The notes: generated from the letters alone by a model not told the origin. 64,000 bases of DNA from Eledone cirrhosa (GCA_964016885.1 OZ024756.1:5394001-5458000); one strand, 5' to 3'. Counted from the first letter of the stretch, positions 1 through 11,600 are shown. Numbers and translations are program-made.

Positions 1-580
1 CATTGTTGATGTTGTTGTGGCTGTTATTGTAGTAGTAGTAGTTGTTGTTGTTGCTGTAGTTGTTGTTGTAGTTGTTGAAATATCGGATATGGCGGCAATG
101 GCTGTTATTGTAGTAGTAGTAGTTGTTGTTATTGTAGTAGTAGTTGTTGGTGTTGGTGTTGTTGAAATGTCGGATATGGTGGCAATGGCTGTTATTGTAG
201 TAGTAGTAGTAGTTGTTATTGCTGTAGTTGTTGTTATTGTAGGAGTAGTTGTTGTTGTTGCTGTAGTTGTTGGTGTTGGTGTTGTTGTTGTTGTTGTTGA
301 AATGTCGGATATGGCGGCAATGGCTGTTATTGTAGTAGTAGTAGTAGTTGTTATTGCTGTAGTTGTTGTTAATGTAGTAGTAGTTGTTGTTGTTGCTGTA
401 GTAGTTGTTATTGCTGTAGTAGTTGTTATTGCTGTAGTTGTTGTTATTGTAGTAGTAGTTGTTATTGCTGTAGTAGTTGTTATTGCTGTAGTTGTTGTTA
501 ATGTAGTAGTTGTTATTGCTGTAGTTGTTGTTGCTGTTGTTGTTGTAGTTGTTGTAGTTGAAATGTCGGATATGGCGGCA
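1..580. repeat. Degenerate (GTT/GTA)n trinucleotide array with four interspersed copies of gaaatgtcggatatggcggca
   Basis: Motif recurs at ~77, ~164, ~299 and ~560 within GTT/GTA runs; explains the poly-Val ORF. Confidence 0.9.
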
Positions 581-667
581 GGGAAGAGAAATGAATATTT
601 TATTTGTCGTTATCGATGTTGGTAATTGGCATAATAATCACAGTACCGATAGAGGATAGGAAATAAC

Positions 668-1560
668 AGGTGGGGGGAGGGGGTGATGGTGAGGATGGTG
701 GTGATGGTGGTGGTGATGGTGGTGGTGAGGGTGGTGGTGGTGAGGGTGGTGGTGGTGTTGGTGTTGGTGGTGGTGTGATGAGGATGGTGGTGGTGAAGGT
801 GGTTGTGGTGATTGTGAGGATGATGGTGGTGGTGGTGTTGGTGGTGAGGATGGTGATGGTGGTGGTGGTGGGAAAGAGTTATAGGATGTGCAGAGCAGTG
901 GTTGGGTGATGGCGGTGGTAATGGTGTCGGCGATGGTGGCGGTGATGGTGATGATGACGAGGGTGGGGGTGATGACGATGAGGGTGGGGGTGGTGATGGT
1001 GATGGGAAAGAGTTACAGGATGTAGAGAGCAGTGGTTGGGTGATGAGGGAGAGTAAAACATGTTGGTGGTGATGGTGGTGGTGATGTTAGTAGTAGAGGT
1101 GGTGGGCGTATTGATGGTGTTGCTGGTGGCCGTCTTCGTCGTGGTGGTGATGGGGTTGGTGGTAGTGGTCGTGGAGTTGGTAGAGATGTGGGTGGTTGTG
1201 GTGATGCTGTTAGTGGTCGTTGTGGTAGTGGTTGTCTTCGTTGTGGAGGTGATGCGTGCGAGATGGTGGTGTAAGTGGTCGGGATGTTGGTGGTGATGAT
1301 AATGTAGGTGGCAGTGGTGGTGGTTGTGGTGGTTGTCTACGTTGTGGAGGTGATGGGTGCGAGATGGTGGTGTAAGTGGTCGGGATGTTGGTGGTGATGA
1401 TAATGTAGGTGGTAGTGGTGGTGGTTGTCTTCGTTGTGGAGGTGATGCGTGCGAGATAGTGGTGTAAGTAGTCAGGGTGTTGGTGGTGATGATAATGTAG
1501 GTTGTAGTAGTAGTGGTGATGGTGGTGGTGGTGGTTGTCTTCGTTGTGGAGGCGATGGTT
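668..1560. repeat. (GGT/GAT)n-rich low-complexity region with three ~100-bp tandem units
   Basis: Unit gtcttcgttgtggaggtgatgcgtgcgagatggtggtgtaagtggtcggg... recurs at ~1235, ~1335 and ~1426. Confidence 0.85.
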
Positions 1561-1743
1561 GTGCTGGCAGTGAAGAGTAAGACGGAAGGGATGTTTGTGG
1601 TAATGGTGATTTATATTGCTGTGTTTTCCTATAACAATTACAGCTGTCCTAACACAGGTACACTCAGCCAGAAAGGAGCACCATTGAAATGGTTGTAATA
1701 CACGAATAAATCTTCGTTCATTGAATCTTAGTCTCCCTCATCT

Positions 1744-3300
1744 ATACCAGCGACATCACCACCACCACCACCACTGCTAGAAATACCAGTGACAACACCA
1801 ACACCACTACTGCTAGAAATACCAGCGACAACACCACCACCACTGCTAGAAATACCAGCGACAACACCACCACCACTGCTAGAAATACCAGTGACAACAC
1901 CAACACCACCACTGCTAGAAATACCAGCGACAACACCATCACCACCACCACTGCTAGAAATACCAGCGACAACACCATCACCACCACCACCACTGCTAGA
2001 AATACCAGTGACAACACCATCACCACCACCACTGCTAGCAATACCAGCGACAACACCACCACCACTGCTAGAAATACCAGCGACAACACCACCACCACTG
2101 CTAGAAATACCAGCGACATCACCACCACCACCACCACTGCTAGAAATACCAGCGACAACACCACCACCACTGCTAGAAATACCAGTGACATCACCACCAC
2201 CACCACCACTGCTAGAAATACCAGTGACAACACCAACACCACCACCACTGCTAGAAATACCAGCGACAACACTACCACCACGACTGCTAGAAATACCAGT
2301 GACAACACCACCACGACCACTGCTAGAAATACGAGCGACAACACCACCACCACTGCTAGAAATACCAGCGACATCACCACCACCACCACCACTGCTAGAA
2401 ATACCAGCGACATCACCACCACCACCACCACTGCTAGAAATACCAGCGACAACACCACCACCACTGCTAGAAATACCAGCGACATCACCACCACCACCAC
2501 CACTGCTAGAAATACCAGCGACAACACCATCACCACCACTGCTAGAAATACCAGCGACAACACCACCACCACTGCTAGAAATACCAGCGACACCACCACC
2601 ACCACCACTGCTAGAAATACCAGCGACATCACCACCACCACCACCACTGCTAGAAATACCAGTGACAACACTACCACCACGACCACTGCTAGAAATACCA
2701 GCGACAACACTACCACCACGACCACTGCTAGAAATACCAGCGACAACACTACCACCACGACCACTGCTAGAAATACCAGCGACAACACCACCACCACTGC
2801 TAGAAATACCAGCGACAACACCACCACCACCACCACTGCTAGAAATACCAGCGACATCACCACCACCACCACCACTGCTAGAAATACCAGCGACAACACT
2901 ACCACCACGACTGCTAGAAATACCAGTGACAACACCACCACGACCACTGCTAGAAATACGAGCGACAACACCACCACCACTGCTAGAAATACCAGTGACA
3001 ACACCACCACCACTGCTAGAAATACCAGCGACAACACCATCACCACTGCTAGAAATACCAGTGACAACACCACCACCACCACTGCTAGAAATACCAGTGA
3101 CAACACCACCACCACCACCACCACCACCACCACCACCACCACTGCTAGAAATACCAGCGACAACACCACCACCACCACTGCTAGAAATACCAGCGACAAC
3201 ACCACCACCACCACTGCTAGAAATACCAGTCACAACACCACCACTACCACTGCTAGAAATACCAGCGACAACACCACCACCACCACTGCTACACCCACCA
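1744..3300. repeat. Minisatellite of ~40 units: ctgctagaaataccag(c/t)gaca followed by variable (cca)n
   Basis: Constant ~21-bp core separated by CCA-type triplet runs; unit lengths are multiples of 3. Confidence 0.95.
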
Positions 3301-3462
3301 CCTCCTCTGATTTCAATACCATCGCAAACACAACCACTACAAATAGCATTACTATCACACGCCACCGCGCGCGCGCGCGCACATACACACACACACACAC
3401 ACACATCAATATATATATATATACGCGTGTGTGTGTGGGGGGGTGAGTCTGTATATATGCGT

Positions 3463-3500
<38 letters not shown>

Positions 3501-4052
3501 ACGCATATATACATACTCACCCACACATATACACGACATATTTCTTCATTGTACTGTGTTGTTTACTCATACACTCACACACGCATATATATATATATAT
3601 ATGCGTGCGTGTGTGTATGAGAAAACAACACAGTACAATGAAGAAATAAGTGGAACGCTTGATACAGGAGGGAGAAGTCTATACGTTTCAGATACTAGTC
3701 CTTCATCAGAAGAAAGGATGAGAAATAAACAATGAAATAGAAAGACAGAGATTGAGAAGAGGAAGGAACGTAAAAATAACTGAAATAAAACAAGAAAACA
3801 TGTATTCAGTCAGGCATCTTAGAGAAAAATATATATTGGATTCTAATAGGGAAATAACTATATGTCCATAATTGTGTGTGTGTGTGTGTTAAGGCATTTG
3901 TATATATATTTATAAATGAAGGACTTCAGTCTGAAACGTTAGTCTCTTCCACTTCCTCCAATAGTGACCCTGATATAACTGTTTATACTTGCACCCTTGC
4001 GTTTGTTTTGTTTATTTAATTTATTAAATAATATATATATATATATATATAT

Positions 4053-4258
4053 ATAGGAACGAGTAGGACCCCGACGGCTGAGCTCAAGCCGTTTCGACGG
4101 CTAAGTCTGGACCTTTTAGTCCAGAATTAGCCGTCGAAACAGCTTGAGCTCAGTCGTCGGGGTCCTACTCGGTCCTATTACCCACTCTACTACCCTAAGT
4201 ATTGAGTACCTTGGTGCGTTAGGATCCACCTGGTTCCTTACCACATTTCCTTCGTTAT
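4053..4258 (+). mobile_element. Fold-back (inverted) end of a Penelope-like non-autonomous element; related copies at 16940-17110, 32950-33010, 37265-37440 and ~53900-53990
   Basis: Palindrome 4053-4178 whose arms read GAAAC-ggcttgagctcagcc-GTC-gggg (helix III half of a hammerhead); shared tail ctaagtattgagtac...; (TA)n flanks. Confidence 0.6.
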
Positions 4259-4442
4259 ACATATATATAGGCATATGTAGAAGTTATATTTAATTTGTTG
4301 GCATTTAAACCTCTCCGACACTAATTTGCATAATAGACCAATAATAAAATTAGTAACCCCACTATCCGGAAGCTTCCAACCGACATGGTCGCATTCTTTA
4401 AGGGTATGTCAATATTTGTTTATAAAAGTGATCTATATTACA

Positions 4443-4503
4443 TTTTATCTGATGAAAGCGCACCATAATTTGCTTTGGTGTCCTTGAAATATGTATGATG
4501 AAA
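4443..4503 (+). ncRNA. Decayed type I hammerhead motif (cleavage triplet mutated to AUG)
   Basis: ttttat-CTGATGA-aagcgcacca...tggtgtcctt-GAAA-tatgta-tg-atgaaa; inverted homologue of 5053-5114. Confidence 0.55.
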
Positions 4504-4536
4504 TAAATATGGTTTTATAAATATAGTTTCCATTTG

Positions 4537-4584
<48 letters not shown>

Positions 4585-4763
4585 GATAAATCTACCAAAA
4601 TATACGGTAGTGTCCAATCTGTATGAAGAACTCAATGTAATCCAAATATCATGAAAAGAGATGTATTCAAAATTTTTTCGATGAAAAACACAGGAAAACA
4701 GAGTCAAGATAAATTAATAAAAATAATGAATAAAAACAAACAGTTCCTTATATTAAAAAATTC

Positions 4764-4896
4764 ATCATTTTACGATCGTTTCTAGGATATATAGGTGTGT
4801 GTTGGTATGTATATCATATAGATCTATGTAAAATTTTACAAACTATCAGAGGGAATATACATACCTACACATATATATGCTGTCTTCAGAAATAAT
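4764..4896 (-). ncRNA. Type I hammerhead ribozyme motif with a long (~100 nt) helix II
   Basis: Minus strand: attattt-CTGAAGA-cagcatatat...atatatccta-GAAAC-gatc-GTA-aaatgat; helix I 7 bp, palindromic helix III acgatcgt. Confidence 0.7.
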
Positions 4897-5052
4897 ATAT
4901 ATATATATATATATATGCAGAGGTTATATTTAATTTGTTGGGATTCAACAAGCTTAAAAATGTTTATAACTGATATAAAGCACTCAACAAGTTGGTGGAG
5001 TAAATACACAATATATTAATAAATGGAAACTATATTTATAAAACCATGTTTA

Positions 5053-5114
5053 TTTTATTATATATATTTCAAGTGCAACCAAGGCACATTATGGTGCGCT
5101 TTCATCAGATAAAA
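5053..5114 (-). ncRNA. Type I hammerhead ribozyme motif
   Basis: Minus strand: ttttat-CTGATGA-aagcgcacc...ggttgcactt-GAAA-tatat-ATA-ataaaa. Confidence 0.7.
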
Positions 5115-5243
5115 TACAGATTTGTTTTATAAATACATATTGATATACCCGGAAAAAAAGACAACCTTAACGGCTGGAGGTTCCTTGATATATATTATTC
5201 AGAATATTAATAAATGAGGACATTCCCATAATCAAAATATATG

Positions 5244-5305
5244 TTTTATTATATATATTTCGAAGGTACTGTGCTGTTTTTTCAGTTCGTCCTCGTCAGA
5301 TAAAA
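5244..5305 (-). ncRNA. Type I hammerhead ribozyme motif (left arm of a palindrome)
   Basis: Near reverse complement of 5416-5480. Confidence 0.7.
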
Positions 5306-5415
5306 TACATGAATTGATGTATGACATACCTCAACGGTCTTGATGGTTTAAATACTGCCAATATTGGAATTGAACCATCAAGACAGTTAAGGTATGTCAT
5401 ACATCAATTCATGTA

Positions 5416-5480
5416 TTTTATCTGACGAGGACGTACTGAAAAAAAAACAGCACAGTACCTTCGAAATATATATAATAAAA
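5416..5480 (+). ncRNA. Type I hammerhead ribozyme motif (right arm of a palindrome)
   Basis: ttttat-CTGACGA-ggacgtactg...cagtaccttc-GAAA-tatat-ATA-ataaaa; G10.1-C11.1 pair, helix I 6 bp. Confidence 0.8.
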
Positions 5481-5638
5481 CATATTTTGATTATGTCAAT
5501 GTCGTCATTTATTAATATTCTGAATAATATTAATAACTCCAGAAAACCTTTTTTTTTTGTAGAGTGCTTTTAATCTATTGTAAAACTATATTCATTGAGT
5601 AATCAATGAACCATATTAATCTTTGGTTATGTATGTAT

Positions 5639-6236
5639 GTCAGGTCACCAGTTGGTGCTACTGGTAACATGTATCCCAGTACAACCTGTCTCATGGTTGG
5701 GTCGTTGGCGACTAAACTGGCAACCCCACCAAGGTTTCTTGGTGAGGAGGGTGACTTTGGACATCCTGCAGGACTAAAAACAAAACCTGTCAAATGAGCT
5801 CTTAAGAGTCAATGGCCATCCAAAATTACCGGGAGAGATGACCCCTTAGTCTTTGTCAAGGCAGAATTCTAGGAGAAGGAAAACTCTGATATAACACCTG
5901 CAACCCTGATGGTATCCAATAATGTTGACTTTTTCTTCTTTTTGGTAAATATCATCTTGGTTAAGAGAGTGGGACTGGCTTTGTGCAGTGCCTTTGATCA
6001 CTATAAAAGCTTCACGGCACAGGCATTGCTTTATATCTGGAGATCTCTCTGCACTTGTCGTCACATGGTACCATGGGCCCAGCACTATGTGTCAATAATT
6101 GTCACAAGTGTAGTGTTTGCACCAGAGTTTTCAAGTCGTTGGCTGGACTAAAATGTCACACTCGTTCAGCGCATCGGTAGGGGTTCTCCTACATGGATAT
6201 GAAGTAGTGGCTGTACTCGAAAACGAGTTGGCAGCC
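5639..6236 (+). mobile_element. ~600-bp non-autonomous RTE-like retroelement (SINE or internally deleted LINE)
   Basis: Motif ttagtctttg..aaggca...tctaggagaaggaaaactctga resembles RTE 5' UTRs; 3' hairpin then (TGTA)n; close copies at 19343-19969 and 36736-37137. Confidence 0.75.
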
Positions 6237-6398
6237 TGTATGTATGTATGTATCTATGTATGTTTACAGAGTGAGAGAGAAGTGTGTGTTTGAGTGTATT
6301 AACAGTTGTTTTTATGTTCAATATGTTTGTATGCCTCACAAATATTTTTCAGTTTTCCGATGTAATGAATAAGAATTGCTATATATATATATATATAT

Positions 6399-6949
6399 AT
6401 ATAAACAAGGTTTAGTAAATAATGAAAAAGTTTCAAAACGCCTTGTGCGTGAAGGGACGTATTTCATATTACTACTGCCTCCACTAACGTTGAGAACAAA
6501 CCGGGTCATTCCGACTGCTGCTGGCAACAGCGGTGGCTAGTTTGACCTACCTCCTTTTGCCTCTATCTTTGCTACGGCCCTTGATAAACCTGTTCTATAT
6601 CATCCACTCTCATCCCAGGAACAGTTTTTGATAGCGCTAGTTTGTGATTTAAATTCAGGAATTTTATATTCTTTGAATGAAAAGAACCTTCTGACGAGAA
6701 TCTCTCTTTGCAACGAAGGCCGTATGGTCTCCGTTTTATTTTTGGGATTCGAAACCGATCGGTAAAGGTAACTATAGTAGGTAAAGTCAATTTTTTAAAA
6801 TTTATTTTGAAACTTTTTCATTATTTACTAAACCTTGTTTATATTTGTTCTGGCTCGTTAATTTATTAACCCGCCATTGAACCACATTGGCACTTGGTTG
6901 GACAATACATGCGTACCTTGGCGCCTTGTGCGTGAAGGGACGTATTTCA

Positions 6950-6952
<3 letters not shown>
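6399..6952 (+). mobile_element. Terminally redundant, HHR-bearing non-autonomous element (483-nt unit) with a 5' inverted segment
   Basis: Direct repeat 6439-6469/6922-6952; inverted repeat 6399-6438/6805-6844; HHR at 6686-6769; (TA)n on both sides. Confidence 0.8.
6686..6769 (+). ncRNA. Type I hammerhead ribozyme
   Basis: acctt-CTGACGA-gaatctc...gggattc-GAAAC-cgatcg-GTA-aaggt; three paired helices, palindromic helix III accgatcggt. Confidence 0.88.
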
Positions 6953-6987
<35 letters not shown>

Positions 6988-7070
6988 ATTTTCTAACCCA
7001 GAAGGAGGAGAGAGAAACGAAAAGGGAAAGGGATATAATTTTCTTCCTAATAATCGTCTCTTTCTCCCTG

Positions 7071-7125
<55 letters not shown>

Positions 7126-7479
7126 CATATATATATATATATGTGTGTATGTATGTATGTATAGCAAATTTTCTTCATATTATTGGGCCAATACTGGCCG
7201 AAACCTATCAAAGTTATATATATATATTGCGTTATGGTGTAGGAAACTCGACTCTGGTAAAATAGCGTGATAACGGCCATGTGTGCATGGTTTGTGAAAG
7301 CAGCCATTTTGTGTATCTGGCTTTTATTTAGTGTAAAGCACAGTTAACTGTGGCGAAACGTGATTTAGTAGGTGATGACATTAAAATTGCATACCGCCAT
7401 GATATTGAGAGAAGATGAACAACGGGGTAGATGATATATGATTGATGTGTTTCTTCTTGATAAATATAAGATAATGGTA

Positions 7480-7695
7480 ATTATTAAGGTGATAAGGTTG
7501 TTGCTAGAAGAGCAACAGGTATTCTGAGGTTAGTTTAGTTGCCAGGGTTTAGCAAATATCCACCCACTGCTGAGTCAAACATCTATTATTGATGAAGATT
7601 CTTCGCTGACAACACAGTTTGACGATATATATTCTTCCCAAAGAGCTCTATTATATTCCCAACATGTAAATATGCATATTGTATGTACATGTATT
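7480..7695 (-). pseudogene. Possible highly decayed Penelope-type GIY-YIG endonuclease remnant
   Basis: Frameshifted minus-strand fragments ICIFTC, GKNIYRQT and DSAVGGYLLN. Confidence 0.3.
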
Positions 7696-7884
7696 CATTG
7701 TATAATAGAATTTCAAACGTCATAGCGTATAACATACACATGAACAAGATTAGACTTTAAAACATATCACATCATACAGAGAGACATACACAAGGATATA
7801 TAAAGGCTTTATTTTATGTGCATCTGTATGGAACTCACACAAACACACCCATATATGTGTATATACGTGTGCATGTATATATTT

Positions 7885-7915
<31 letters not shown>

Positions 7916-7916
<1 letters not shown>

Positions 7917-8290
7917 TGTTATACTTGGGGAGGGTCATATTTGTGTAATATTGCCAGAATTAATAAAGAACACACTCACTGTTTGGTTGGTTTTCGCTTC
8001 TCGCTGTCTTTTATATCGGTAATCTAACTTACTCGGTCCTCAATGTTGCCATTGACTGACCGACGGTCAAAAATAATACAGATACAATATAGACACAAAC
8101 ACATATATATAGTTTATCATAAATCTTTCGTTGCACATCTGCAACATCGTCAGTGGTGTTATATTTTCCTCCTGTTGTGTTGTATGTCTACACCATTTTT
8201 TATTCAGTCTGTCTATATATTTATTTATTTATTTGCTTGTTTGTTTATTTTATTTTGTCTTCTTTGCGCATGCGTTTGCGTGTGTGTATA
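7916..8290 (-). mobile_element. HHR-bearing dispersed element, homologous to 54910-55170
   Basis: Shared terminus ttgg(g)gag(g/a)gtcat, HHR at 8116-8157, and ctacaccatttt and tgcgcatgcgtt blocks in the same order. Confidence 0.65.
8116..8157 (-). ncRNA. Minimal type I hammerhead motif with one extra nucleotide after CUGANGA
   Basis: Minus strand: acca-CTGACGA-t-gttgca-gatg-tgcaac-GAAA-gatt-TA-tgat; helix I weak. Confidence 0.6.
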
Positions 8291-8856
8291 GTGTTATGTT
8301 TGCTGTGTGATGGGTGACTAGTGTGTGTTTATGTGCTTGTTGTTATTGTGCTTGTGTATGTATTTATTTATCTTATTTTATTTACTTATTTATACTTCTC
8401 TTAGGTCAGTGTTGTTTGTTTGGGTGTTGTTGTTATTCCATTCATTGGACTATATATATATACGTGAATATTTGAGAATATATATTTATAAACACACACA
8501 CATATATATATTTAGGGGGTCGATAAATTAAAGAACCAATAATCCACTGCGGCCGATTTAATCGACTTTCACTTCCACTCAAAATTGCTGACCTTGTGCC
8601 TAAATCAGAAATTGAAAGATGGGTGAGAGAAGCAAGTATGGCCCGAGTGAATGGTCCTGCTCTGAGTATGCCCTGTAGATCGGTGGTGGAAAACGTGGAG
8701 AGGGCACTTGCCCTGGTGGTCAGGGTCTCCATGGCTTTTTTGTTATTTCCTTTGTTGTTCTTCTTTCTTCACACGCAGAAACGCCATTTACACCGTCCTG
8801 TGCTGTCCTCAATGTTATATTTTGTCAACCCTTGCGGTTAATAAAGTAAGCATTAA

Positions 8857-8884
<28 letters not shown>

Positions 8885-8887
<3 letters not shown>

Positions 8888-9388
8888 AAGTACCAGTGAT
8901 GCACTGGTATAATTGCTGGCCTTGTGCCAAAAGTAGAAACAATTATTATTATTATTAAGGGTGGTGGATTGGCAATATCGGTAGAGAGTCGGACACCATG
9001 CTTTGCAGAATAGTTACGCCCCTTTACGATCTGAGTTCAAATCTCGCCGAGGTTAACTTTGCCTTTCATCCTTACGGGGTCGATGAAATAAAGTACCAGT
9101 AACGCACTGGGTAATTGCTGGCCTTGTGCCAAAAGTATAAACAATTATTATTATTATTAAGGGTGGTGGATTGGCAATATCGGTATAGGGTCGGACACCA
9201 TGCTTTGCAGCATAGAGTTACGCCACTTTACGATCTGAGTTCAAATCTCGCCGAGGTTAACTTTGCCTTTCATACTTACGGGGGTCGATAAAATAAATAA
9301 CCAGTAATGTACTGGGACAATTGCTGGCCTTAAGCCAAAAATAAAACCAATTATTATTATTATTATTACTATTATTATTATTATTATT
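8885..9388 (+). mobile_element. Two tandem tRNA-derived SINEs (family A, ~190 bp, Deu/Nin-like central domain) plus a partial 3' end
   Basis: A-box-like tggcaatatcggt, B box gagttcaaatc, core gcctttcatccttacggggtcgat-aaataaagtaccagt, (TTA)n tails. Confidence 0.9.
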
Positions 9389-10011
9389 GCAAGACCTGTT
9401 AAAATTTGAATTTGAAGCAAATATATTCAATTCGTTGTTGAAAGCCTCCCGAAGCATTAAAGTTAATCTGCAGATTTATTTTCCTTTTAGCTCCAGTCAA
9501 TCAAAACGAATTGACTTCGCTGATAGCTTTATTATAAGGTTGCTCAAAATGATTAAGTTGTTGGTAGCTTCGTGAAATCGATACGTGAACTACTCACGCG
9601 ATTTTACCTGCATTAGATCGATAAATATTGAAAAAACAAGATATAGGAGAAAAACAAAATAAAACATATATGCAAAGGTTTAAAATAAAAAAAAAAACTA
9701 TTAATTATCAAATGAAATAATAATCAAGAATAGAATGAGTTTGAGGTAAAGTTGTGTGTATGGAGTTCTGTTGGTTTAGATTGAGAGTTTCAATTACCGG
9801 ATACACGGAATAGTGCTGTAGAGGTCCAGAGACACGTGTACTCTTAATTTAATTCTAAGGGAGGTTCGGAGTAATATGGTGTGTGATAAAAATGGTTCTT
9901 TCAATTACAGTTGCAGTTCATCTGATGGGCTTCCGAACAGTTTCCGTCTACTAATTATCACTCACAACGCTTGGCTCTTCCCAACGTGAGGTAAATATAA
10001 CTTGCTCAAAT

Positions 10012-10335
10012 ATATATACGTACATACATACATTCATACATACGTACATACGTTCGTATATACATACGTAGTACATACGTTCATGCATACATACGTACAT
10101 ACATACGTGCATACATACGTTCATACATACATACGTTCACACATACATACATGCATACGTTCATACGTTCACACATACATGCATACGTTCATACGTTCAC
10201 ACATACGTTCATACGTTCACACATACATGCATACGTTCATACATACATACATGTATACGTACGTTCATAAATGCATACGTTCATACATACATACCCACAC
10301 ACACATACATACTTCCATAAATACGTTCATGCGTA
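10012..10335. repeat. (TACA/TTCA/TACG)n tetranucleotide array
   Basis: Direct inspection. Confidence 0.85.
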
Positions 10336-10345
10336 TTGTATAGAC

Positions 10346-10950
10346 ATGATGGCTGCCCCCTCGTTATCGAGTATGGCCATTGAACGATATAACATTCTTA
10401 ATAATTATTAATTAATGCCTGTGCGTGAAGATTTTTCTTAAAGTGAGGAAAGACTGTGCACTGAGCCAATTCCACTCTCTGAGCGACAGTAGCTATAACC
10501 TGAAAAGAAGAGATCAACATCATCGGTAACTACTGAGCCGCAGGTTTTATATCGGAGTTATCCCAGTTTCTTGAGTTGCCTTCTCCTAGAAGAATGCCCT
10601 GACAAAGGCTAGGGGTCCTTCACTTCCAGTTGTTTAACAATGCGATTGGGCATCCAGCCCGATTACTTCTGTTACCATGTATATATACATGTATATGAAC
10701 ACGCGCACACGCGTATATGCACATACATATATATACGCATGCATACATGCACATAACATATTTGGATAGCCGTTGACCCTTATGAGGTCTTCGACCCTTT
10801 GTCGGGTTTTGTTTTTTGTCCTGCAGGGTGTCCAAAATTAGCCTACTCACCAAGTAAACTTGGTGAGATTGCCGGATTAGTCGCCAACGACCCGACCATG
10901 TGACAGGTTGTACTGGGTTACATGTTACCAGTAACACTCAAGAGTGACCC
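10346..10950 (-). mobile_element. Diverged subfamily copy of the ~600-bp RTE-like element, interrupted by microsatellite at ~10678-10760
   Basis: Homologous 5' block (ggtaacatgtaacccagtacaacctgtc...), ctaggagaaggcaactc motif and 3' hairpin ctcgataacgag. Confidence 0.7.
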
Positions 10951-11313
10951 ATACGTACGTATGTACATTCATACGTATATACATATGTAAATACGGACGT
11001 ACATAGATATTGATATGTATACAAATTATATTGGTCGGTATTGAGTCAAAATCGCGTGACATGCTTTGAGAGGAGCAGCGAAACCTGAGCAAAATATCGT
11101 AATTAAGTGGTTTATAATTAAAAAAGAGACCCCGGAAATAATATTCCTCTTAACAGGACAGATAATATAAGATAAAAAAAGGGTCACTGTACATACATTA
11201 AATATTTAAGCCTGATACCAGAGTAGGCTGGTCATCCCATGAGTGTCTTGGTCAGCCTGTGAACTTTTTAGCCGACCTTTGTATTTTCAGTACACTCAAC
11301 ACGGGGTACTTTA

Positions 11314-11600
11314 CGAGGGCAGTTGAAAACTCCATAGGCTCACCAAGATATTTAGTAGACGGAAACTGTTCGGAAGCCCATTAGATAGACTGCAACTCTA
11401 ATTAAAATACCATGGTTTCACCGTCGGGTTTTTAGCTCTCTCTCTCTCCCCCTCTCTCCCCCTCTCTCTCTCTCTAAATGAGGTTTATTTTTCAATATAG
11501 TCGCAGGAAAGTAACAATTCAGTTACTAATGCATGTAAGATTTCACAGCCCTAGCATCATCCCTTAAAATTCAGCCTATGAACTTTTCAGCCTAGCATCG
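11314..11600. mobile_element. Tc1/mariner-type MITE
   Basis: Imperfect terminal inverted repeats cgagggcagttgaaaactccataggct / agcctatgaacttttcagcctagcatcg with TA on both sides; similar ends at ~11255-11283 and ~30308-30339. Confidence 0.65.

Noticed and set aside
1728-3498. 490-569-aa ORFs, or a CRISPR-like constant repeat with variable spacers
   Set aside because: The spacers are only CCA runs and the ORFs are minisatellite translations
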